Sequence record: DRR378314_1514
Length of the DNA: 43,823 nt
Reading direction: 5' to 3' (one strand)
Part shown: positions 29,739 to 37,921 of the stretch, piece by piece
Layout: the number at the start of each line of letters is the position of its first letter
Position numbering within the stretch: position 1 is the first letter of the stretch
Notes under the pieces: generated by a model
The model's input: the letters and a program-made list of their open reading frames with translations, nothing else
Databases searched by the model: none
What the model was told of the DNA's origin: nothing
Translations under genes and position numbers: made by a program

Positions 29739-29761
29739 TTAATTATATTCTGTATAATTAA
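29739..29761. promoter_or_regulatory. Palindromic operator, likely for the TetR protein
   Basis: TTAATTATA-ttctg-TATAATTAA perfect 9-bp inverted repeat just upstream of the operon start. Confidence 0.7.
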
Positions 29762-29962
29762 ATACATCAGAACTGAAAAGTGCAATGGTTCAGGCGGGTG
29801 AGAAACCCACTTCCCGACATTCGCTATCCTGCCGAAAGATTGAAGTTTGGCTCTTATTCCTCCTTCGTCGAAAAGAGAACGAACGGCTGCTATCCCATTT
29901 GCCTGCGCCGGCAGCATAGAACCAAAACGACGAGAGTCGTGAAGCCACTGCTGACTTCCTGC

Positions 29963-30934
29963 TTACCGCTGGCGCAACACTCTGACAGCAACCGGCCGCC
30001 TTTGATCCCCTGTCTTCCGAAACTGAACAATTACGTCAATCATTGAGCGACAGTATTCGAGGATCTCCGAATATGTCAGCCCGGTATCCGCTTGCAGAAC
30101 CATCAGCGCCAATCGTGACAGGGCGGAGTCCGGCGAGGCCGCGTGCAAGGTGGAAATCCCGCCGGGATGACCAGAGTTAATCGCTGACAGAAAATCATAT
30201 GCCTCAGACCCGCGCAGCTCGCCCATGATGATCCGATCCGGCCGGAACCTCAGGCAGGCTTTCAACAGATCGCGGCTGGTGGCATTCTTGTTCACGACCA
30301 GAGACACGGCGTTGGGCTGACTGGGCCGGATTTCCAGCACGTCCTCAATGGTCATGATCCGCTCAGCGGGATCAACCTCGGCAAGGCAAGCACGCAACCA
30401 GGACGTCTTGCCGGAGGATGTCCCACCCGACAAAAGGATGTTCCACTTGGCCTTGACCGCCGCGCGCAGAAAATCTCCAAACCCGCCATTGTCGTAAGCT
30501 TCGAACACAGCGGCGTCAGCCGGATCCACACCGGATTTCAGATCTTCCATGTTGGCGTCCAGATCCGGCAGGCCCACCATCAGATCATCAAGCGACATTT
30601 CCTTGGCAACGGCCCGGCGCAGGGCAAAGGCAACGCCATCTTCAACGGCGGGTTTAACCGCGACCTGGGCCCGCCAGAGCGAGTCCTCGATTTCAAATTG
30701 AGAACCGGCCAGTGGAATTTTCGCAGAGATGGGGTTTTCGCCGGCCAGATCCTGCGCGAGCGCCAAGGCGTCATCCTCACCCATGGGATCGTCAAGCGGG
30801 CGCATAGCAGGCTCACCGCTGCGCTCGATCCAAACCCGGCCGTCCGGGTTCAGGACGATTTCGGACAAGAGCGGATCGGAGAGCAATTGCTCTCCGAACA
30901 CGCGATTCAATGTCGCGACAAGGTGGCGGCTCAT
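29963..30934 (-). CDS. virB11: T4SS traffic ATPase
   Basis: SGGTSSGKT, TIED..E, LRFRPDRIIMGELRG and NSGHPGGISTLHA motifs; coupled to the relaxase stop. Confidence 0.93.
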   Translation of the reverse strand: MSRHLVATLNRVFGEQLLSDPLLSEIVLNPDGRVWIERSGEPAMRPLDDPMGEDDALALAQDLAGENPISAKIPLAGSQFEIEDSLWRAQVAVKPAVEDGVAFALRRAVAKEMSLDDLMVGLPDLDANMEDLKSGVDPADAAVFEAYDNGGFGDFLRAAVKAKWNILLSGGTSSGKTSWLRACLAEVDPAERIMTIEDVLEIRPSQPNAVSLVVNKNATSRDLLKACLRFRPDRIIMGELRGSEAYDFLSAINSGHPGGISTLHAASPDSALSRLALMVLQADTGLTYSEILEYCRSMIDVIVQFRKTGDQRRPVAVRVLRQR

Positions 30935-33732
30935 CGGCTGACGCCCCGATCCCCCTTGGCACGATCTGCGCGTTCGCGGCGCAAGCGCTCCTGTACTTCA
31001 GGATCACGGTCAACCTGTCGATCGACGTTTTTCACATCCCAGGCTTTCCGAGTGACATTGACCCGCTCCATCTCATCCGTCTCAGTGTTTCGGCGCGAGC
31101 GCGTCACCTCTTCCTTGCCCGCTTCGACAAACGTAACCTTGTCACCGATGGTGATGTTGTTGCGCGCCATCTGGTCCTGCAGGGCGGTGCCCCAGATCCG
31201 CTGCGGGTCTTCTTTGCCCTCGACCTTCATATCCACATAGAAAGATTTGCTGCTGGGATCGTCGGGACTCACCAGGCTTTCTTTTGCGTCGATGATGACG
31301 CCGGTAACGCCGGTTTGCGCGATCTGTTCGACACGCTCGGTGCCCTGCTCGATCCGTGGAGGTGTTCTCGGCCGGGACGGATCGCGGAGAGCGTCACCAT
31401 TGGGCCCTAGCTGCTCGCCACTGCTCTGCGCTCTGTCTGCTTCACGCGGCGCGCGGTCGATATCGGTGGCCTTCCAAGCACGGCGTTGCGCCTCGATGTT
31501 CTTCTCTTCGCCGGTTTTCTGATCGCGCTTCGTTACCGTCACAACCTTGTAGCCGTCATGGGCCAGCGTAGCGGTGTCGCCTACTGCGAGGTCCTGACGG
31601 TTCATCATGTCGGGCAGGTCGACACCCCAGACCCGGTAGGGCTTGTCGTGCCCGTCCAGTTTCAGATCGACATAAGGAGACTGACTGCCCTCGTCGTCTT
31701 TGTCAAAGAGCGCAGATCCAGTGGCGACAATCTGGCCGCGCACACCAGTCTTGAGGTCAAGCCGTGCCGGTGCTGGCGTAAATGTGCGATCACCAGCATC
31801 ATCGGCTTGCCGTTCCGGGCCCGGACGCGCTTCCGCAGCACCGCGATCCGGTGCACGGCCTGTCACCCGCTCCTCCACCCGGTCCTCAATCTCAAGTAGA
31901 CGCCCACCGATCGCGGCCCGATCAAAACCATGCGCCTTCATGGTCTGGATTTCGTTCTGAACGCCGGTCTTGATCTTCTCCTGCAGGAAGTCTTCTCCCC
32001 TGCCCTTGGCAAAGGCGCGGTTGATGTCGCGGATCTCGCCACGTGCGTCACGGTAGGTCTCGGCAGCATCTTTATACGCAGCCTTCATATCGATCCTCGC
32101 CTGGCTCTCGCTCAGCGAAAGCGCGTTCGCCAAAGTACGCACGTCCCGTTCAAACCAGTTCTCACGCGTCTGCCGGTCTACATCAGCGCCATTGCGGATG
32201 CGCGACAACACAAGATCGCCATTGATGCCCATCGCTTCGAACCGCTCAGCCACCTGCCTGTCGGCATCCTTCAGCACTGCCTTGGTCGCAGTACCGCGTG
32301 GATCGTTTGCATCGGCACCCTCCCGACCATCTGAGTCTGCCTGCTCCCGTCCGATAGGTTGGGTGCGAGTTGGATCTGTTGCATCCCGTTCAGCAGCACG
32401 GCGCTGGCGCGTCGGATCAATGTCATCCCGACCGACTTCAACCTCATCGTCCCGCTCCAGGCGCGGGCCAAAGAATGTCCTGGTCTCCTCATCCATCAGC
32501 GGTTCATAGTCCCGCAGAACACGGGATATCGCCGCCTCTGTCTGGCTGCGCTTGTCCTCATCCTCCATCGCATCGGCCTTGTCCGTCATGCCCTGGATAA
32601 AGCTACGGATGTCGCTGCCAATTGCTTTCAACTCACCGTCTATGGCTGACGCCTGTGCCGGATCTAATTGTTTGTCGACTTGAGCATTCATGTCGATGTC
32701 CTCTTTCTCAAGAACCCCGTCCGGCAACAGGGTTTTGGCTGCGCCGAGAACAGCCGTTACAAGGGTGTCCAGGGTCTCGGCCCGCCCTGGGTAGTGCGTT
32801 GTGAAAATGCCCCGATCGAGCCCGGCCTGATGCGACCGGAGGGTTTTACCGAGGGCGACATAATCTGCGTTCCGCTGATCTTTCATCTTCCGAAGCTGGT
32901 CTGGCGCGACCGGCTGTTGGCGACCAACCCCAAAAAACGGAAACCCCGCCCGGCGCTTCTGGACGGGCCGCTCGCGCAGATTCCGACCATCGCGGCGCGC
33001 ATGAATGCGGGCGCTGCTTTCGCGGTCGGGGCGCAGATTGCGGTTGAATCTGCTGGTAGCTGTCAGGACAATGCCAACGTCCCGCGCGGTCTCCGCCTGC
33101 AGCTCGCGTAGATCCTGGGGCGTAATGCCGTACTGGCTCAGCTGGAGGGTCCTCCCCAACGCCCCTGCCCTGCTGATGACCAGGTGGGTATGTGGATGCC
33201 CGGTGTCGTCATGATGGGCCAAGACGTATTTGTATCGGTCGCCATACTCGCCGTTTGTCAGCCGTTCCGCAAAACTGCGGGCGGCCTGCTTTGCGGCCTC
33301 CCGGTTTGTGTCCTTCGGATAAGACACAATGACATGATAGGTGTAGTTAGTGGTCCGAGGGTCCATCCGGGTCCAATCTTTGGCCCACTCACTCTGCAAA
33401 TCCCGCAGAGCGTCCATCCCCTGCGTGAGCTCTCCGGTGTCGCCGCGCTCCATTTCTACGGTGCCCTTCCGGGTGATGTAGGACAGCTGGCCCCCTAGGC
33501 GGCCGGATTTCGCGACGCCGCCACCGCGGACAACTTTGACCACCGCCTGGTTGGTCAGCAAAGCATTGGCGATCATCCCGGCCGGTCCGCCCGACACGCT
33601 CTGTCGGTGCGCTGGCCGCCGTCCCGAACGCATGGGGTTTTGACCAGGCCGCGGTTTCAGGTTTGGAATGAGTTGAAACTCACCAAACAAGGCCTCCCAA
33701 GCCGGGTCATATGCGGTGACCAGGCTAGTCAT
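30931..33732 (-). CDS. virD2: VirD2-like MOBP relaxase with long C-terminal extension
   Basis: QAVVKVVRGGG...QLSYITRKG (catalytic Tyr), TYHVIVSYP and HHDDTGHPHTH (HUH) motifs; Arg-rich C-terminal tail. Confidence 0.88.
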   Translation of the reverse strand: MTSLVTAYDPAWEALFGEFQLIPNLKPRPGQNPMRSGRRPAHRQSVSGGPAGMIANALLTNQAVVKVVRGGGVAKSGRLGGQLSYITRKGTVEMERGDTGELTQGMDALRDLQSEWAKDWTRMDPRTTNYTYHVIVSYPKDTNREAAKQAARSFAERLTNGEYGDRYKYVLAHHDDTGHPHTHLVISRAGALGRTLQLSQYGITPQDLRELQAETARDVGIVLTATSRFNRNLRPDRESSARIHARRDGRNLRERPVQKRRAGFPFFGVGRQQPVAPDQLRKMKDQRNADYVALGKTLRSHQAGLDRGIFTTHYPGRAETLDTLVTAVLGAAKTLLPDGVLEKEDIDMNAQVDKQLDPAQASAIDGELKAIGSDIRSFIQGMTDKADAMEDEDKRSQTEAAISRVLRDYEPLMDEETRTFFGPRLERDDEVEVGRDDIDPTRQRRAAERDATDPTRTQPIGREQADSDGREGADANDPRGTATKAVLKDADRQVAERFEAMGINGDLVLSRIRNGADVDRQTRENWFERDVRTLANALSLSESQARIDMKAAYKDAAETYRDARGEIRDINRAFAKGRGEDFLQEKIKTGVQNEIQTMKAHGFDRAAIGGRLLEIEDRVEERVTGRAPDRGAAEARPGPERQADDAGDRTFTPAPARLDLKTGVRGQIVATGSALFDKDDEGSQSPYVDLKLDGHDKPYRVWGVDLPDMMNRQDLAVGDTATLAHDGYKVVTVTKRDQKTGEEKNIEAQRRAWKATDIDRAPREADRAQSSGEQLGPNGDALRDPSRPRTPPRIEQGTERVEQIAQTGVTGVIIDAKESLVSPDDPSSKSFYVDMKVEGKEDPQRIWGTALQDQMARNNITIGDKVTFVEAGKEEVTRSRRNTETDEMERVNVTRKAWDVKNVDRQVDRDPEVQERLRRERADRAKGDRGVSR

Positions 33733-34175
33733 CCCTTGGTCTTTGCTTTGGGGGACGCGCGCGCTGCCCGCCGTTTCTCCGCCCGCCGCTCAATCTCGAG
33801 GGCTCGTGTAAACGATCGCTCGCGGGCGGCATCGGAGTACTCTTCGAACAGCTGACGCAACGCGCGGATCTCGAGCCTCATCGCCTCGATCTGATCCTCG
33901 GTGCGTTTGTTGAGCCGAAACTTTCCGACATTGGCGGCACGTGTCATCTGGTTGAGGTCGTTTGCAATGCGCACCAACTGGACCAGATGTGCTTCAAACC
34001 GTTGGGTCCTGAACTCTTCTTTGGTCGGGATTCCAAAAGCCACACGCAGGCAAACGCGCACCAGACCTGTGACGCTGCGCAGTTGCATCGCCCTGCTGCG
34101 TTGTTTGAGGAACGCCAATTCGTCCTCATCAAAACGCATGGTTGTGGTGACGGATTTAGGTTGGCCGGTCGGCAT
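33729..34175 (-). CDS. virD1: VirD1/MobC-like relaxosome accessory protein
   Basis: RHH-like N-terminus and L.RIANDLNQM.RAAN motif; coupled to the relaxase. Confidence 0.75.
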   Translation of the reverse strand: MPTGQPKSVTTTMRFDEDELAFLKQRSRAMQLRSVTGLVRVCLRVAFGIPTKEEFRTQRFEAHLVQLVRIANDLNQMTRAANVGKFRLNKRTEDQIEAMRLEIRALRQLFEEYSDAARERSFTRALEIERRAEKRRAARASPKAKTKG

Positions 34176-34274
34176 CGGGGCGGTTCTCCACGATCAGAAA
34201 TCGTGCGAGGCCCCGGCAGACCGCGCGTTGGTTAATTCAAGTGTAAGTTGAAAGTAGGGCCGACTGCAAGTCCA

Positions 34275-34310
34275 ACAGATTGTCGATAGCACAATCTGTA
34301 TTATCCCGCA
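34275..34310 (+). other. Origin of transfer (oriT), MOBP-type nic site
   Basis: ACAGATTGT(34275-83)-N7-ACAATCTGT(34291-99) inverted repeat immediately followed by TATCCCG^C (34302-34309), matching the IncP/T-border YATCCTG^Y core with one substitution. Confidence 0.8.
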
Positions 34311-34659
34311 AAACAAGCGTAGTATGTAGGAGAGCTGTAGTGGGGGGCACCATCATTGTCGCTCACCCGCGACGGCTGGTCATAGGCAAAATGGCGCAAC
34401 ACCGGGTGCCATATGGCAAGTGGCAGACGGAACTTGGTGAATGGCCGTCGCCATCGGGCAAGCGGCATCGACCCGGTGACATATGTCACACGCCACAAGC
34501 TACGAAACAAAGCGTCAGATGGCAATTGCCGATTGCTTCGAAACGCAATAGTGTTGGGATCAGCGCGGGTGCCGGGTCGCGCGTTAGTTTGAAATCGCAA
34601 GCCCGGTTTTGGCATGCCGCTGCGCGGCTTGGCTTTCGGGCGTAGACCCGGAGACTAAC

Positions 34660-35436
34660 GTGAAAATCTATGCCGCTGTTAACTCCAAAGGCGGAGCTGG
34701 GAAATCTTCCATGCTCGTCGCCTTTGCCTCTGCTTTACACCATCGAGGAAAAAGGGTGCGTATCCTTGATCTGGATTCGCAAGGCACACTCTCGGATTGG
34801 TTGAATCCAAACAACGGGCTGGACCCGATCCCAGCAGAAGAACTTCTGATCGAGGCCGGGCAGTTTGCCGCAAGCGATGCAGAGAATGCCCGGCTGGCTT
34901 ACGCCCACATCCTTGAGGCAGAAAAGGCGGGCGGTTTTGACTATCTGCTGATCGACACCAAAGGCGAACCCAGCATGACGGCCGCGATGGCGATGGCTGT
35001 TGCCGACATGGTGCTGTGCCCGTCTGATGGATCGTCAGCGGAATACAAGCCCATCATGGTCACGTACAGATCCTGCGAAACGGCATTGCAGCAAATCGGC
35101 AACACGGCAGACCCTAGAGAAAAATTCCGCATCATGTTTACCCGGCAGTCCGTTGCGCAGTCAGCCGGTATCCAGAAGGGCAAACACGCTCTGGCAAAGC
35201 AGTTTACCTGCATTGGTGGCATTGCCGATTCCGCTGCGATGGATGACGCGCTAAGGGCGGGGACAACGATCGGGCGGTTGAAGGGTTTTGCTGAGGAAGC
35301 CATGGAACGAGCGGAAACCCAGTCAGCCCGGTCAAATGCACGGCGCATGGCGGATCGCTGCAAAAAGGCGCTGAGCAATGCTGACTATGTTCTAAACGCT
35401 CTGAAGGAAAGCGAGGTGCATCATGTCGCGGCCTAA
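34660..35436 (+). CDS. ParA/VirC1-like Walker ATPase
   Basis: GTG start after GGAG; NSKGGAGKS, DLDSQG and DYLLIDTKG motifs; divergent from virD1-virD2, as virC1 is on Ti plasmids. Confidence 0.85.
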   Translation: MKIYAAVNSKGGAGKSSMLVAFASALHHRGKRVRILDLDSQGTLSDWLNPNNGLDPIPAEELLIEAGQFAASDAENARLAYAHILEAEKAGGFDYLLIDTKGEPSMTAAMAMAVADMVLCPSDGSSAEYKPIMVTYRSCETALQQIGNTADPREKFRIMFTRQSVAQSAGIQKGKHALAKQFTCIGGIADSAAMDDALRAGTTIGRLKGFAEEAMERAETQSARSNARRMADRCKKALSNADYVLNALKESEVHHVAA

Positions 35437-35869
35437 GAGCATTGAGAGCCTGTTTGAGGGGTCCGAATCCGAAATCGCGCCAACCGTGACAGAGCTTAAA
35501 AGGCAAGGGCAGGATGAACCCTCGGCTGAACCAAAACCGGAACCCGCCAATCCGGCGAAAACCGAACCGGTCGCAGATCGGACACCAACCCAAAAACCCA
35601 AAAGGTCTAAACCAGCCACGGGCAGGCCAAAGCAAGATGCGCCGGCGAGATCCGAAGGGCCTTGCGTGGCAGGGCAACCGATCAGGGTTCAGATATCAAC
35701 CTCAGACGGCAGCGAGATTGCGGCTGCACTTGAAGAAGTCCGCAGCTACATACCTGACCCCTTCCAGAAGAACTTCAACCTTGGGGCCTTCTTCAAAGAG
35801 GTTCTGCAAGACAACGATGCACTTATTGCAGACATGATCCGCAACAACCTGAACGGGGACGCACAATGA
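35423..35869 (+). CDS. Putative RHH DNA-binding protein with disordered N-terminus (VirC2/ParG-like)
   Basis: Pro/Lys-rich N-terminus, then a beta-alpha-alpha-like region PIRVQIS..ALEEV..NLGAFFKEVL. Confidence 0.6.
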   Translation: MSRPKSIESLFEGSESEIAPTVTELKRQGQDEPSAEPKPEPANPAKTEPVADRTPTQKPKRSKPATGRPKQDAPARSEGPCVAGQPIRVQISTSDGSEIAAALEEVRSYIPDPFQKNFNLGAFFKEVLQDNDALIADMIRNNLNGDAQ

Positions 35870-36102
35870 CCAAGCGCAAAAAAGCCACTGGTGAAATCAA
35901 GAGTGACGTGCGTACACCGATCCGGTTCCAGATTTCGGCTCCTGAAGGTGGTGAAGTAGAACGCGCCTTGGAGGAAATTTTGGTTAGTATTCCAAAATCC
36001 CTGCGCGCAAGCGTCAATGTCGGAAGCCTGTTCCGACAAGTAATGTTGGAAAATGACAAAGCAATTGCCAAGATGATCCGAACAACGGTACAGGACAAAT
36101 AA
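35866..36102 (+). CDS. Small putative RHH protein, paralogue of the upstream C-terminal domain
   Basis: ATGA coupling; 25/59 gapless identity to the C-terminus of 35423-35869. Confidence 0.7.
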   Translation: MTKRKKATGEIKSDVRTPIRFQISAPEGGEVERALEEILVSIPKSLRASVNVGSLFRQVMLENDKAIAKMIRTTVQDK

Positions 36103-36242
36103 GTGTATTGATCCCGGTTTGTTCCGTCTGTGCAAAACTCCAAACTAGCGCTGGCAGGGCCCCGCGCCACGTGTGGCGCATATATGGCCCGGGTTTAGGC
36201 CGGGGCAGGGGAAAGGGCGACTTGCGCCGCCCTGCCCTCCTG

Positions 36243-36443
36243 TCATTCGGTGGCGGGCTCGTCATCGGTGCGTTTCGGGAAGGCCACCATCTCGACGCCG
36301 GGGAACATGTTGTGGCGGACCTGGATCGAGGTGATGGTGCCGGTCTCATCAGTATTGACGAAGAGAACCCCGCAACGATCCCAGAAAGTCTTGCCTTCTT
36401 TTTCACCGGTCTTGACGTTCAGTTTCAGAGTTTGAGTTGCCAT
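36243..36443 (-). CDS. Small beta-rich leading-region protein (66 aa), possibly ssDNA-binding
   Basis: MATQTLKLNVKTGEKEGKTFWDRCGVLF...; GAGGA RBS; acidic tail DDEPATE. Confidence 0.7.
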   Translation of the reverse strand: MATQTLKLNVKTGEKEGKTFWDRCGVLFVNTDETGTITSIQVRHNMFPGVEMVAFPKRTDDEPATE

Positions 36444-36447
36444 TGTT

Positions 36448-36649
36448 TGATCCTCGCTTTGGCGTGTTTCGATGAACATGGGAAAAGCGGGCATCAAGGG
36501 GATGTCAGCAGGTAATTTGGTCCGCGCGGAATGCGCCGCAGGCGCAGGGGAAATTCCCTGTTGAAGCGCGGCGCCCGGTCGGGCACCGCGCGTCTTCCCC
36601 GACTGCCCGACTATGTTCATCTCTTCAGAAACACGGCAGCCGAGGATCA
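36448..36649. promoter_or_regulatory. Large branched ssDNA hairpin (Frpo/ssi-like)
   Basis: Nested pairs TGATCCTCG/CGAGGATCA, CGTGTTTC/GAAACACG, GATGAACAT/ATGTTCATC, CGGGCA/TGCCCG, GGGGA/TCCCC, plus inner arms. Confidence 0.7.
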
Positions 36650-37072
36650 TCTCCGGCAACGAGGTTGAAACTGTCGGGCCAAGTGAATAGGCAAGAATTT
36701 CTGGGATCGTTGCGCACGGGTCATCTGAACAAAGCGATACAATTTGTGGCAGCAACATCGCCTCGATCCATCACAGGCGCAGTGTTCAGTTCCGGTCGCG
36801 GGTGGCCTTTCTGGGCCGGTATGATCTTGCGGCAAAGAATGGAGGATCACCGGCGTTGCAAGCCGCGCGTTCCAATTGGCGGAGGCCAAAGACCGGACGG
36901 TCCGGCCCTGGTCCGCGCATGTGCGGAGCAGGTGATCAGCCGGACTCAATTTAGAATGGCGGAGTCTGACCAAAAAACCGGCGCTAAATCTCTAAGTTGA
37001 ACTTTGCTGCCCGAGCCATACCAAAGGTCGGCTAATTGGACGCAATGGTTGTTCACGCACCCAAACACAAGA

Positions 37073-37675
37073 TCATTCCGTATTTCGAACCCCCGCTCCA
37101 ATCAGAACAGGCATGACCTGCTCATCAGATTTGAACTCGAATACCCGTTCGACCCGAATTGAACCAAGCCTTGCCGCCTCCAGCGCGACCTGTATTTGAT
37201 CAAGCGTCAATCCAAAGCCGTCATTGCCTGACGCTTGCCAATCCCACTGCACGAAATGCCCACTCTTGTTGAGCAAACCCGCCAGCACTGCCACGGCGCC
37301 ACTGTAGTCTGGAAGAAAAGCGCAAACGGAAGAGGCGCAGATCAAATCGAAACCTGGAAACCCGTTCCCTACTTCCGGAACATCTCCAGCCAGAATATCT
37401 CCATGAACTGCTCTAACATTGTGCAGTTGCTTTTCCTGCAGGACGGCAATCATATTCTCCGAGGTATCAACCGCGACAACTTCCTCCACATGCGGCGCAA
37501 TTTTCTCCGCCAGCAATCCGGTGCCACATCCAAAGTCGAGCACGCGCTTTGATCGCCAATCCGTCCCACAAATATCCAGGTGCTCGTCCAGCGTGGTGAA
37601 AGCATGACTCGCATAGCGTCTGACGTCGTCATTGTCGTCCCAACCATCGGCATAGTCGTTCCAGTCATCGGTCAT
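37073..37675 (-). CDS. Class I SAM-dependent methyltransferase
   Basis: Start MTDDWNDYA; VLDFGCGTG, AVDTS..M and FDLI motifs. Confidence 0.9.
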   Translation of the reverse strand: MTDDWNDYADGWDDNDDVRRYASHAFTTLDEHLDICGTDWRSKRVLDFGCGTGLLAEKIAPHVEEVVAVDTSENMIAVLQEKQLHNVRAVHGDILAGDVPEVGNGFPGFDLICASSVCAFLPDYSGAVAVLAGLLNKSGHFVQWDWQASGNDGFGLTLDQIQVALEAARLGSIRVERVFEFKSDEQVMPVLIGAGVRNTE

Positions 37676-37921
37676 GTTGCTTGTGTTTCCTTGTGGATTT
37701 GCATCGGCCCCAACACATCTGCGCTGAGGCAGACGCATCAATACGAACGCGCGACATTGGCTAGGTTGGCGACAACAGTCAACATGGGTTTGGAACGGCA
37801 TGTGGAGGGAATAGAGGCGGCCTCGGCAAGCCTCTGCCGACGATCTTTCCCACAAGAAAGAGGCCCACCGAAGCGGGCCACAAGTTTAATCGAAGGAAAG
37901 TCTCGAGGTATTGATTGCAGG

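Larger units (their letters stand above)
26284..29891. mobile_element. Transposase-free cargo cassette inserted in the virD4 3' end
   Basis: Left end AGTGGCCATTCG versus right-end reverse complement AGCAGCCGTTCG (9/12); ATC flanks both sides (26281-26283, 29892-29894); cargo is unrelated to conjugation. Confidence 0.6.

Noticed and set aside
29825-29833. TATCCTGCC, an exact IncP nic/T-border core
   Set aside because: No adjacent strong inverted repeat, lies inside a cassette end far from the relaxase promoter, and a 9-mer can occur by chance; the 34275-34310 site fits much better.
36444-36758. Upstream extension of the 171-aa ORF (and likewise the extensions at 37676-37855 and 41159-41467)
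   Set aside because: These run through hairpin or repeat DNA; RBS-supported starts lie downstream.
36995-37800. Precise TIR/TSD ends for the methyltransferase cassette
   Set aside because: Repeat-like motifs flank it, but I could not identify a matching right end or target duplication.
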